Source: Candidatus Omnitrophota bacterium (GTDB lineage Bacteria > Omnitrophota > Gorgyraeia > JAGLLT01). From it: a DNA stretch of 64,000 nt. A program made the position numbers and the translations under genes. Location of the stretch: the NCBI GenBank assembly GCA_023140385.1, contig JAGLLT010000017.1:1754-65753 (forward strand), given 5' to 3'. Under the pieces are notes generated by a model, which did not search any database, was not told where the DNA came from, and worked only from the letters and a program-made list of their open reading frames with translations. Positions 27,927-37,478 of this stretch are shown here, one piece after another; the first letter of the stretch is position 1; each line of letters starts with the position of its first letter.

Positions 27927-28742
27927 TGTACCCATATGGGTAATTCTTGCTTGTGCAAAGAATTCTTCAAGCTTCTTTCTATACTCATCCGATGTTACAT
28001 AAACTTCATCGTTGTGACCGCCTTCAAAAGGCAAAAATTGCTTAGGCTCCCCAGCCGCGTCAAAAAGAATTTGTCCGTGGTTAAAAGCAATAACTTCATC
28101 ATTTCTACCGTGAACTATCAGTTTTGGAATATCAATATTTTTTATCTTGTCCAGCGCGTCGTATTTTTGTGAAATCAAGAACTTCATAGGCAAAAACGGA
28201 TAAATCTGCTGTGCCCGTATAACAACTGAAGCAAAACTACTCTCCAGTATTAAGGCGCTTACTTTTCTTCTCAGGCAAACTTCGGCAGCGATTGGCCCTC
28301 CCAATGATTTACCATACATAACAATTTTAGATTTATCAACATCTTTCCTTGACATCAGATAATCGAACGCGGCAATCGCGTCATTATACAAACCTTTTTC
28401 GCCCGGCCTGCCGCTGCTTTTGCCATAGCCGCGATAGTCAAAAATAAAAAAATTCACTCCCATTTCATTAAAAAATTTTACTTTATGCAGGCGATGGCAT
28501 ATATTCCCGGCGTTGCCATGACAGTAGAGCACCGTAGTTTCCGCGTCCTTTGCCGGCACGTACCAGCCATTAAGAATTTCCCCGTCAGATGTTTTAAAAC
28601 TCAACTCCTCATATCCGATACCCACCTCAGCCGGAGTCTCTGAAACTTCCACAGCAGGATAATATAAACTTTTCTGCTCCAAAAAAATAAAATATACCCT
28701 AAAGAGTACAAGAGTAATAACAACTACAAAAAATATCTTCAT
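27915..28742 (-). CDS. Alpha/beta hydrolase (Bem46/ABHD-like)
   Basis: HGNAGN, DYRGYGKS, GKSLGG, HGRND, GHND. Confidence 0.9.
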   Translation of the reverse strand: MKIFFVVVITLVLFRVYFIFLEQKSLYYPAVEVSETPAEVGIGYEELSFKTSDGEILNGWYVPAKDAETTVLYCHGNAGNICHRLHKVKFFNEMGVNFFIFDYRGYGKSSGRPGEKGLYNDAIAAFDYLMSRKDVDKSKIVMYGKSLGGPIAAEVCLRRKVSALILESSFASVVIRAQQIYPFLPMKFLISQKYDALDKIKNIDIPKLIVHGRNDEVIAFNHGQILFDAAGEPKQFLPFEGGHNDEVYVTSDEYRKKLEEFFAQARITHMGTSKQ

Positions 28743-28758
28743 TAAGACCTCTCATCAA

Positions 28759-28819
28759 GACGTTCGCGTTCGCTCACTCTAAGAATTAAGACGCTCATTT
28801 CATTCGCTCTAAGGATTAA
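28759..28819 (+). repeat. Third doublet of GACG...TAAGGATTAA units, intergenic
   Basis: gacgttcgcgttcgctcactctaagaattaa + gacgctcatttcattcgctctaaggattaa. Confidence 0.9.
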
Positions 28820-28833
28820 GTTTTTTTCAATCC

Positions 28834-29763
28834 TTATTTCAACTGCAATCTTACAAAGACCGGCAGATGGTCGGAACCGATGTCTTCCAGAACACAACGC
28901 TCAATAACCTTAATCTCTTTACTGATTAGTACATGGTCTATCGGAATTCTCATAAAAGCCGGCCACATCGCCGGCCAACTCGCCTGCACCCCAATGCCTG
29001 CCGCGGTATCGTCCAATTTAGCCGCCTTTAAACCGTTAAAGCAACGCGACCAGGGGCTTGTATTAAAATCTCCGGCCACTACCACCTGACAATCACTGCC
29101 GCTAATTAAGGCGGAGAGTTCTCTTAACTGCTCGTTTCTTAAATGCCAGTATTCATCACTTATAGGAGGCACGGGATGGGTTGCCCATAAGATAATTTCG
29201 TCATCATCCTCTTCAATCAGACACTCAAGCGACGGCACCCCGGCTGAGCCTATGTATTTAACTTTGATGGCCATCGGAATTTTAGAAAAAACCGCTATCC
29301 CAAAGTTGTCATCCCGGGGCACAGCTTTATAAACTTTATAATCAGTAAGCGATTTTTCCAATTCATTATACCACGACTGGTCTATCTCTTCCAGGATAAC
29401 AATGTCCGGCATCTTAGTCTTAACAAGATTGATTAACATATCATACCTGCGGTTTGAAGTACAAACATTAGCCAAAAGTATCCTCAATTCTTTTTCAGGT
29501 ACCCTTAAAAAATTATCCCGGCGTGAAAAAGATAAATAAGGAAAAAGTGAAATAAAACAGAATAGCAAAACAACCCCCAAAACAGCCGCTTTTTTAAACT
29601 GCCTGCCAAATAACAAAATTAGCAGTGTAAAAAAAAGAAACACGCTCAACTGCACCCTAAAGTGCGTAAAAATATCAAAAAACCAATACCACCTTCCGGC
29701 AAAACTAACTACAGGCCCCGCGACACCAGCTAAAAAAACAGTCCAACAAAAAGATTTTTTCAT
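28834..29763 (-). CDS. Membrane-anchored endonuclease/exonuclease/phosphatase-family protein
   Basis: N-terminal TMs, GDFNTSPW, IDH, GSDH. Confidence 0.88.
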   Translation of the reverse strand: MKKSFCWTVFLAGVAGPVVSFAGRWYWFFDIFTHFRVQLSVFLFFTLLILLFGRQFKKAAVLGVVLLFCFISLFPYLSFSRRDNFLRVPEKELRILLANVCTSNRRYDMLINLVKTKMPDIVILEEIDQSWYNELEKSLTDYKVYKAVPRDDNFGIAVFSKIPMAIKVKYIGSAGVPSLECLIEEDDDEIILWATHPVPPISDEYWHLRNEQLRELSALISGSDCQVVVAGDFNTSPWSRCFNGLKAAKLDDTAAGIGVQASWPAMWPAFMRIPIDHVLISKEIKVIERCVLEDIGSDHLPVFVRLQLK

Positions 29764-29869
29764 TTTTCCTTCCGCTAACCTAATTTTCTTTATCAACCTT
29801 CTTTTTTTAAATCTTTTTACTTTTACACTATATTTTTACACTTTTCGCTTTACGCTTTTAGTTTTTTAC

Positions 29870-30443
29870 TTAATCCTTTTCTACTATCCCCCGCCACAGC
29901 TGTTTTGCTTCTTCCAGCCTGCCTTCTTCAAAGTATCTCTCGGCAAGTTCACGCTGTCTTTTTAGTTCTTGTTCAAAGCGTACTCTGTCTCTAACATACT
30001 CCTCCTCTTCTATATAAACAACCCTTGCCCTCTGAGCCGCCTCTTTGTATAAGGCTTTAGCTTCTTTAAGACGGCCTTCTTTTTCAAGTTTTTGAGCGAG
30101 GGTGAACTTTTCATATATGCTTTTTATCTCTTCGTCACTCCCGGCACGTTCATTTGCTCTCTGCCAGGCCCACTTCTCTGGGAAGCTCTGTAGCGCCATT
30201 GACTTTAGTTACACGGATATCGCTGGCATCGCTCTGATTGACGTGAGCATGAAAACCGGCGGGAAGGTTGGATAAATTCACATAAATAGAATAATCGGTT
30301 ACATCCGTATCAACTTCGGATGCAAGTATGGTAACCTTAACTCTATACGGCCAGGCAGAATCATACCACCCCGCGTCTGCCTCAATGGCAAAACCTAACA
30401 CCAACCCAAATAGTATTGCTAAACAAATTAACCGTTTGTTCAA
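29870..30443 (-). pseudogene. Probable deletion-fusion remnant: DUF2341-like N-terminus and unrelated helical C-terminus in another frame
   Basis: Signal peptide + WYDSAWPYRVKVTI...DIRVTKVNGATELPREV stops soon after; overlapping frame gives a TPR-like tail. Confidence 0.55.
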
Positions 30444-30569
30444 TATCGCTCCATATTCCTAACAAATCAAATGCTCCACTCGGCATTCTATTGGTTCATA
30501 TTATTGATTTGTGCAGCGGGAATTGAGTGTTGCGTGGATTTGTCCCAAATTTATGTACTGTCAAAAATA

Positions 30570-31889
30570 TTACATATCTTTTAAAAGTTTATTTGCTGTA
30601 GACTTCTCGATAGTATCTTTGAATGTTTGCAATGCTTCTGACAATGTCTTTAATTCCTTGGTCTGCGCAACAGGTATACTGTCAACTCCTCTTTGCTCTA
30701 ACGCGTCAATGATGTACTTTATGGTAAACTTATTAATATCACGGGCGGGTTGATAAGCTATCTCTTTATATTTTTCTGTCTTAGTCTCAGAAATGATTTC
30801 GCTTTCAACTAACTCATAAAGTATCTCACGTGCCAGCCGGATGGGAATTTCCAGGGTATGTGAAATTTGGGCGGTAGTTAACGGCTTATATCCGTTAGAA
30901 AAGTTCTTAATTAATAAATGGGCCGTTCGTAGAGAAAGTAGCTTTTTAAAAGAGTAACTTACTCGTAAGCAATCCGGTTCAAATTCATACGTATCTACAT
31001 TCTGATGAGCAAAAGAAATCTCCGCTCCAAAAAGAACTATCAACCAGCTAAGCTGGAGCCACACCAAAAACAAAGGTAACGCCGCAAAGCTTCCATAAAT
31101 AGCATTATATTTGACCGCTCCAACCTGAAAATTTATATACGCCCACTGAGTAATCTGGTAAATCGTTCCTGCCGTTATTCCCGCTAAAATACCGGATTTA
31201 AGATTAACTTTGGTATTAGGCATAAAAATATAAATAAAAGTAAAAAGCACCCAGATTACAGAATAAGGCAGTAATTTGAGAATTAAAAATAATAAATTGC
31301 TAAAAACTCCCAAAAATGTGAATTTTTCAATTATAAATGTAACCTGAGTAGCTATGAATACCGTAATACTGCTGGACATAATAATAAGAATAGGGCACAG
31401 GAGCATTATAGACAGATAATCACTGAACTTGCGCCCCATACGTCGTGGTACTTTTATTCCCCAGATATCATTAAATGAACGCTCAATGTTACCTAAGACT
31501 TTTATAACCGTCCAAAAAAGAATTGCCACACCTATGCCGGCTATTATACCTCCTCTGGTATTTTCAAGGAGCGAATTGGCAAAATCAACAATTTGCGCTA
31601 TCACCTCTTCTTGGCCGGAAAATTTTCCTAAGAGTTGTTTTTCAAGAAGTTTCTCAAAACCAAAACCCTTAGCGATGCCAAAGGCCATAGCTACCACCGG
31701 CACAATTGAAAGCAGAGAATAAAAGGTAAGAGCTGATGCCCTTAACTGGCACTTATCTTCATTAAATCCCCGCAGTGCCAGGAGAATAACTCTTAACTGT
31801 TTAATAAAAAAAGATTTTGTGCGGGGAAGAGTTCGCAAGCGAATTCTCCAAACGTCGGTTTTGATAAAATTAATAATTCTTGATATCAT
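30570..31889 (-). CDS. YihY/BrkB-family membrane protein with C-terminal wHTH-like domain
   Basis: ASALTFYSLLSIVP, FNDIW, IYGSFAALP, LFGAE. Confidence 0.9.
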   Translation of the reverse strand: MISRIINFIKTDVWRIRLRTLPRTKSFFIKQLRVILLALRGFNEDKCQLRASALTFYSLLSIVPVVAMAFGIAKGFGFEKLLEKQLLGKFSGQEEVIAQIVDFANSLLENTRGGIIAGIGVAILFWTVIKVLGNIERSFNDIWGIKVPRRMGRKFSDYLSIMLLCPILIIMSSSITVFIATQVTFIIEKFTFLGVFSNLLFLILKLLPYSVIWVLFTFIYIFMPNTKVNLKSGILAGITAGTIYQITQWAYINFQVGAVKYNAIYGSFAALPLFLVWLQLSWLIVLFGAEISFAHQNVDTYEFEPDCLRVSYSFKKLLSLRTAHLLIKNFSNGYKPLTTAQISHTLEIPIRLAREILYELVESEIISETKTEKYKEIAYQPARDINKFTIKYIIDALEQRGVDSIPVAQTKELKTLSEALQTFKDTIEKSTANKLLKDM

Positions 31890-31956
31890 AATTGCCCCAT
31901 TCTTCTAAATCCCTTTTTTATTTTATACACTGCGCCTTGACTCGCTTTTACTGTGT

Positions 31957-32397
31957 CTATTTTTTGCTTTTACCAAATCCCTTCTTTTGCCCTTCTCCCA
32001 AACCTTTTGTGTGTTTTTTTTGTTTCTTTTCCGCTTTTTCCTTTCCTTGCTTAGCTTTTTTTCTGGCTTCTTTTAGTATCTTTTCTTCATTCTTTAGAGC
32101 GTCCTTTGCCCCCTTATAGGCTTCTCGCAACTCTGCCGATTTTTTCTTTGCCTCATGGAGAACCTTCTTGCGCGCCTCTTTTTCCTCTTTCGTCTTGCCG
32201 AAGCTTAAAAAACTTTCCATAGCTGCTTTTCTTGCTTCTTTTTTTGCCTGAATATACTCTTTTTTTACTTGCCCCAAACTTTCCTTTGAAGCTTTTATCT
32301 GAGCAGAGTAATCCTCGTCGCCTATTTGCGCAAAAGATGAGGAGAAAGAAAAAAGAAACAAACTCAACATAGTCAAGCTTAACAATCTTTTAAGCAT
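31957..32397 (-). CDS. Secreted Lys/Glu-rich helical hypothetical protein
   Basis: Signal peptide, charged coiled coil. Confidence 0.7.
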   Translation of the reverse strand: MLKRLLSLTMLSLFLFSFSSSFAQIGDEDYSAQIKASKESLGQVKKEYIQAKKEARKAAMESFLSFGKTKEEKEARKKVLHEAKKKSAELREAYKGAKDALKNEEKILKEARKKAKQGKEKAEKKQKKHTKGLGEGQKKGFGKSKK

Positions 32398-32523
32398 AAA
32401 TAACCACCCCTTTCTTTTATTATTTACGTGATATCCGTGTTCTGTTTTTTTTAATAAACTCCTGGCCGATAATAAGCAAAACGAGCGCGCCCATCTCAGC
32501 CTCCCTCTATTCTGCCAAGTATG

Positions 32524-32892
32524 TTATTGACCAAAGCCAGGTACTTTTTTCTCCACATCTTCTGTGACAGCGCTAACCGCTTCCTGCGCCTTAGCTATCA
32601 ACGCCTCCTTAGCTTTCTCCAGCAAATTCTTTGCTTCCTGTGAATCCTTGTCCACATACCTAAGGATATACTGAGCTATATCAACCGCGCCTTGAAACTC
32701 CTTTGAACTGTAGAGCGTGTTTGCCTGTCCGATAAGATAATTTATCTTTTGTCCGGTTGTTTCCATAGACTTAGATGCCTCAATAGCCTCATTGCTTGAA
32801 GCAACTTTTTTCTCCGAACAGCCAATAATACCCAAGCCAAACATGAAACAACAAACTACAATAATTACCAAACCTCTCTTCATAATAATCAC
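32524..32892 (-). CDS. Hypothetical lipoprotein
   Basis: Lipobox IIGC; GGAGG RBS. Confidence 0.75.
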   Translation of the reverse strand: MIIMKRGLVIIVVCCFMFGLGIIGCSEKKVASSNEAIEASKSMETTGQKINYLIGQANTLYSSKEFQGAVDIAQYILRYVDKDSQEAKNLLEKAKEALIAKAQEAVSAVTEDVEKKVPGFGQ

Positions 32893-33079
32893 CTCCTTAT
32901 TTAATGTATCTTATTTAACTCTTTTTTTTATTATACCACAATATTAAAGAAAATTTATTTTAACCTTAATAAGGGGATATTCAATCTTTTTCGGTCGTGC
33001 CCAGATGCAGGGTGTATTGTAACAACACGGTGTAATATAAGATTGACAAATATTTCTAATCATGCGACACTGTTACATT

Positions 33080-33610
33080 ATGAAAAATAGAAGCTTAGGT
33101 CCTGAACAAAAAGCACTCCTTGATGTCGCGCGGCTGATGTGCCTGGCGGCCAGAACGGCTCCCAAAACAAAGGGTATTGACAATATTGTCCTTAAGATTT
33201 TAAAGAAACCGGCATTCTCAAAGATTATAAAGGAAATGGAGCGGACAGCTACAGAAGAAAACAAAAGCAGTTTTTACCGCGACGCCCAGAATTTAAAACA
33301 GAGCGGCCTTCTTATTTTAATCGGGTGCAGATCAAATCCCATGGGCATTACCTACTGCGGTTTCTGCGGACACAATAACTGCCGGGAACTCAGCAAAACT
33401 AAGGGCATCTGCGCTTTTAATTCTATTGACCTGGGAATAGCGGCCGGATCGGCCGTCTCAATAGCCTGCCTTCATCATGCCGATAACAGAATAATGTACT
33501 CTATTGGAAAAGCTGCCATAAAAAAAGACCTGTTTAAAGATAAATCAATTAAACAAGCCTTAGGTATTCCGCTTAGCGCTTCCGGGAAAAATCCTTTTTT
33601 TGACAGATAA
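33080..33610 (+). CDS. DUF2148 ferredoxin-like domain protein
   Basis: AARTAPK, CGFCGHNNC, DLGIAAGSA, DNRIMYSIG, KNPFFDR. Confidence 0.85.
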   Translation: MKNRSLGPEQKALLDVARLMCLAARTAPKTKGIDNIVLKILKKPAFSKIIKEMERTATEENKSSFYRDAQNLKQSGLLILIGCRSNPMGITYCGFCGHNNCRELSKTKGICAFNSIDLGIAAGSAVSIACLHHADNRIMYSIGKAAIKKDLFKDKSIKQALGIPLSASGKNPFFDR

Positions 33611-33614
33611 GATT

Positions 33615-35237
33615 TTAAGATACTGACTTTGTGCTTAAGCCTATCTTTCTTTCTTCATCGTCTAACTTTATAACTTTCACTTTTATTTCATCACCTTCTT
33701 TAAAAATCTCTGTTAAATCACCTGAAGGCTTCTCTTCCAACTCGCTGACATGAACCAGGCCCTCAATATCCTTTTCCAGCTCTACAAAGAGACCAAAGCT
33801 CATAATCTTGGTTACCCTACCGCTAATAATCAGACCCGGAGCATACTTTTCTTTGATATCAGCCCACGGATCCGGCGTTAGCTGCTTTAAGCCTAAGGAA
33901 ATTTTGTGACTCCCGGTATCAACAGAAAGGATGACAACTTCTATTTTATCACCTTTTTTTAATATCTCCTCAGGATGATTGACCTTTTTGGTCCAGGACA
34001 GGTCAGAAACATGAATCAGCCCGTCAATACCATCTTCAAGCTCTATAAAAGCGCCATAATTAGTTATATGGCGTACCTTCCCCTCAACCTTTGAGCCAAC
34101 GGGATACTTCTTGGCAATGTCCTCCCACGGATTACCCTCCGTCTGCTTAAGCCCCAGAGATATTTTTCTGTTATCTTTGTCAATGTTTAAAACTACCACC
34201 TCAACTATATCCCCTATAGCCACCATCTCCTGAGGATCAGCTACTCTTCTTACCCAGGAAAATTCAGAGATATGAATTAGGCCCTCTATGCCCTTTTCCA
34301 GTTCAACAAAGGCGCCGTAGTTGACTAAATTAACAACCTTCCCCTTAACCTTTGAACCAACCGGATACTTACTTTCAACCTCTCCCCAGGGATTAGCCGT
34401 CTTTTGCTTAAGCCCCAGAGACACGCGCATATTTTCCTTGTTAAAATCGAGAATTATCACCTCTACATTATCTCCGATTGCCAACATTTCGGAAGGATGA
34501 CTAATTCTACCCCAACTCATATCGGTTATATGAAGCAAGCCGTCAATACCGCCTAAATCGACAAAGGCGCCGAAATCGGTGATATTTTTAACAACACCTT
34601 TTCTTAGCTGGCCCTTCTCCATCTCTTTTAATAACTGCTCCTTGTGCTTAGACATCTCCATATCAAGAAAATCCCTGCGGGAGACAACAATATTTTTGCG
34701 GGGTTTATTAATTTTTACAATTTTAAATTTATAATTCCGCCCCAGAAGCTGATTTAGTTCCTTCGGATTCCTGATACCCGCGAGCGAAGCCGGCAAAAAG
34801 GCCTGTATGCCTACATCCACCATCAGCCCGCCCTTAACCTTCCTGGTAATGGTTCCCTCTATAATATCCTGTTCATTGTAATTATCTATGATGCTTTCCC
34901 AGTTCTTGATTACGTCGGCTTTAGTCTTGGAGATCACCACCATACCGTCATCGTTTTCTTTATTCTCCAGCAGGACATCTACTTCATCACCAACGCTTAT
35001 GGATGCCGGGTCTTTAAACTCCGACAAAGAGAGTACCCCTTCCGACTTATAGCCCACATCTACCAGCACCTCCTTATCGGTAATATCAATAATTTTACCG
35101 GTAACAATAGAGCCTTCCTCAAGGTGCCTGAAGGACTCCTCATAGATTTTATCCAGATCAAACTCTTTTTCCACGTCTTTTTCTTTTAATTCTGCTTCGT
35201 TGGGTTCTAAAGGTTCCACGTTTTCTGTGTTAAACAT
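33615..35237 (-). CDS. rpsA: 30S ribosomal protein S1
   Basis: Six S1 repeats (FGAFVDLGGIDGLLHITDMSW etc.). Confidence 0.97.
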   Translation of the reverse strand: MFNTENVEPLEPNEAELKEKDVEKEFDLDKIYEESFRHLEEGSIVTGKIIDITDKEVLVDVGYKSEGVLSLSEFKDPASISVGDEVDVLLENKENDDGMVVISKTKADVIKNWESIIDNYNEQDIIEGTITRKVKGGLMVDVGIQAFLPASLAGIRNPKELNQLLGRNYKFKIVKINKPRKNIVVSRRDFLDMEMSKHKEQLLKEMEKGQLRKGVVKNITDFGAFVDLGGIDGLLHITDMSWGRISHPSEMLAIGDNVEVIILDFNKENMRVSLGLKQKTANPWGEVESKYPVGSKVKGKVVNLVNYGAFVELEKGIEGLIHISEFSWVRRVADPQEMVAIGDIVEVVVLNIDKDNRKISLGLKQTEGNPWEDIAKKYPVGSKVEGKVRHITNYGAFIELEDGIDGLIHVSDLSWTKKVNHPEEILKKGDKIEVVILSVDTGSHKISLGLKQLTPDPWADIKEKYAPGLIISGRVTKIMSFGLFVELEKDIEGLVHVSELEEKPSGDLTEIFKEGDEIKVKVIKLDDEERKIGLSTKSVS

Positions 35238-35273
35238 ATTGGTAAATTACCTCCTTAAAAAAGATATTTTATT

Positions 35274-35302
35274 ATCATATTATAGTAAAAAAGTTTTGTC
35301 AA
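35274..35302 (-). promoter_or_regulatory. Sigma70-type promoter of rpsA
   Basis: TTGACA-17 nt-TATGAT. Confidence 0.65.
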
Positions 35303-35342
35303 GCAAAAGATTTAATAAATAGCAAAAAAAATGGCCTTACGT

Positions 35343-35957
35343 TTATTTTTTCCGCGCTCTAACGGCTGCCAGAACATCTATCTCCCTCATAACCCTGTCC
35401 GTAAAATCCTTATAGCTATTCTTATCCGAACTCTTCGGCGGATAAACCGCCTTAGCGAAATATACGGATACCCTGGCAATCTTAATAAATCCGGCGCCTC
35501 TAGGAAGCGCCTTATCGGTTCCTGAAACAAAGGCCGGTATAACAGGACATCCGGCTCTCGCGGCTATCAGTCCAACGCCTGACAAACCCGTTCGCAGTTT
35601 GCCGTCATAACTTCTGGTTCCCTCAGGAAAGACAAGCAAGCCCGCGTTTGTTTTGAGAATGCCCAGAGCCTTTCTAATGGCCGCAATATTACTTCCTTCT
35701 CCATCGCTTAAGGGAAAAGCACCCACACTTTTAATCAATAAACCAAAACATCTATTCTTGAACAAACTACCCCTGGTAATAAAAGCAACCCTCCGGGGAG
35801 AGGCTACGCCTACAACCACAGGATCAAGATAACTCACGTGGTTGGCGGCAACGATAAAAGGGCCCGCGGCCGGAATATTTTCGGCTCCCAAAACTCTGAT
35901 TCTAAAAAAGAGTTTAAAAAGTACAGTAAATATAGCCCTGCTAAACCAGTACAGCAT
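35343..35957 (-). CDS. plsC: 1-acyl-sn-glycerol-3-phosphate acyltransferase
   Basis: NHVSYLD, FPEGTRS. Confidence 0.88.
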   Translation of the reverse strand: MLYWFSRAIFTVLFKLFFRIRVLGAENIPAAGPFIVAANHVSYLDPVVVGVASPRRVAFITRGSLFKNRCFGLLIKSVGAFPLSDGEGSNIAAIRKALGILKTNAGLLVFPEGTRSYDGKLRTGLSGVGLIAARAGCPVIPAFVSGTDKALPRGAGFIKIARVSVYFAKAVYPPKSSDKNSYKDFTDRVMREIDVLAAVRARKK

Positions 35958-35958
35958 A

Positions 35959-36624
35959 TTATTTAATATATGAAGTTATCTTTTTAACAACCTGAACTAT
36001 TGTAAGTTTCGTAGTATCAATATAAATCGCGTCCTCAGCCCGTCTTAAAGCTCCAACCCGCCTTCCGGTATCTTTTTTATCCCGCGCGTTCATATCTCTG
36101 CCAAGAATGTCCAGAACAACACCTTTACCTTCCGAGAGCAGCTGCTGATGGCGCCTGCTCAACCTCTCTTCAAAGGAGGCATCAAGGTAAAACTTTTTAT
36201 CAGCGTTAGGAAAAACTACAGTCGTCGTATCCCTGCCTTCAATAACTATATCTCTGCCTTCTCCGAGAGTACGCTGAAGGCTGACCATTAACTCTCTTAT
36301 CTCCGGAATGTTGGCTAAATAAGCAACGTTATTTGTAACCTCCGGCTCCCTTATCCGCTCTGTTACATCTTCTTCATCCAACAAAACTCTTAACGAACGG
36401 CCATTGGCGCTTTCCAGTTTTACGTTTGTTCCGCGGGCAAGTTCAATCAAAGCCTTTTTGGAGTTTAAATCAATACCGCCACGCAGGGTTTTAAAAGTAA
36501 GCGCCCTATACATGGCTCCGGTATCAACATATACATATCCGAGCTCTTCAGCCAGCATCCGGGCAACGGTACTTTTTCCCGAGCCGGCCGGCCCGTCAAT
36601 TGCTACAACAAAACCCTTTTTCAA
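35959..36624 (-). CDS. cmk: Cytidylate kinase
   Basis: DGPAGSGKST, DTGAMYR, EGRD. Confidence 0.96.
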   Translation of the reverse strand: MKKGFVVAIDGPAGSGKSTVARMLAEELGYVYVDTGAMYRALTFKTLRGGIDLNSKKALIELARGTNVKLESANGRSLRVLLDEEDVTERIREPEVTNNVAYLANIPEIRELMVSLQRTLGEGRDIVIEGRDTTTVVFPNADKKFYLDASFEERLSRRHQQLLSEGKGVVLDILGRDMNARDKKDTGRRVGALRRAEDAIYIDTTKLTIVQVVKKITSYIK

Positions 36625-37466
36625 CCTTTAATCATCTTTCTTGCCGTCTTTGCTTTTTTAAATTCCCGGCTTATAGCCGGACCATTCAAGTCATCTATCT
36701 CTTTTTTTATAACCTTCATGCGTCTTATATATCCATCCAAAGCAAGCGAAATACATCTTCGGTTGCTTAAACAAATATCCCGCCATATTTTTGCTGAAGA
36801 AGATGAAATTCTCGTAGTATCCCTGAAACCGCTGGAAACAAAGTCCGTGTCTCCGTTATTTAGCTCATTAACTAATGCCACGGCCGCTAAATGCGGCAGA
36901 TGACTAATCCGCGCCACGATTTCGTCATGCCGGCCCGGAGTCAAAACCTTAACTTTAGCGCCAAGCTTTCTCCAAAAAGCGCTGATTTTCTTAAGGTCAT
37001 TTAAAGTGGTTCTTTTTGATTTGGTAACAATACAAACAGAACCCTCAAAAAGCCCGGCTCTGGCAAACTCTACACCTGTCCTTTCGGAACCCGCCATAGG
37101 GTGCCCGCCTACAAAAGAGACGCCCGAAGGCAATATTTTTTCTACTTCCTCCACTATCTCACCTTTTGTGCTGGCCACGTCGGTTATAAGACAACCTTTT
37201 TTAAGATAGGGTAATATTTTTTTGATAATTCGGCTCACCATTTTAACAGGCGTGCATATTATTACCAGATCAGCGCCCGAGACAGCCTTTTTCAGCGAAA
37301 GAGTCCCGCTGTCAATCGCCTTACGGCAAAGCGCTTTAGCCAGCGTAGACCTTTTCGTAGTAAGCCCTCTAATCTCTTGGGCCGCTCCTTTTTTCTTAAC
37401 CGCTAAACCAATAGAGCCGCCTATAAGCCCCACTCCCAAAATAGCGATCTTTTTGAACTCTTTCAT
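36621..37466 (-). CDS. tyrA: Prephenate/arogenate dehydrogenase
   Basis: GVGLIGGS, DVASTK, HPMAGSE, SHLPH, GFRDTTR. Confidence 0.92.
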   Translation of the reverse strand: MKEFKKIAILGVGLIGGSIGLAVKKKGAAQEIRGLTTKRSTLAKALCRKAIDSGTLSLKKAVSGADLVIICTPVKMVSRIIKKILPYLKKGCLITDVASTKGEIVEEVEKILPSGVSFVGGHPMAGSERTGVEFARAGLFEGSVCIVTKSKRTTLNDLKKISAFWRKLGAKVKVLTPGRHDEIVARISHLPHLAAVALVNELNNGDTDFVSSGFRDTTRISSSSAKIWRDICLSNRRCISLALDGYIRRMKVIKKEIDDLNGPAISREFKKAKTARKMIKG

Positions 37467-37478
37467 TTCTTAATCCAC

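Noticed and set aside
27773-28172. Short ORFs 27773-27988 and 27879-28172
   Set aside because: Translations of the periodic hairpin or antisense to the hydrolase
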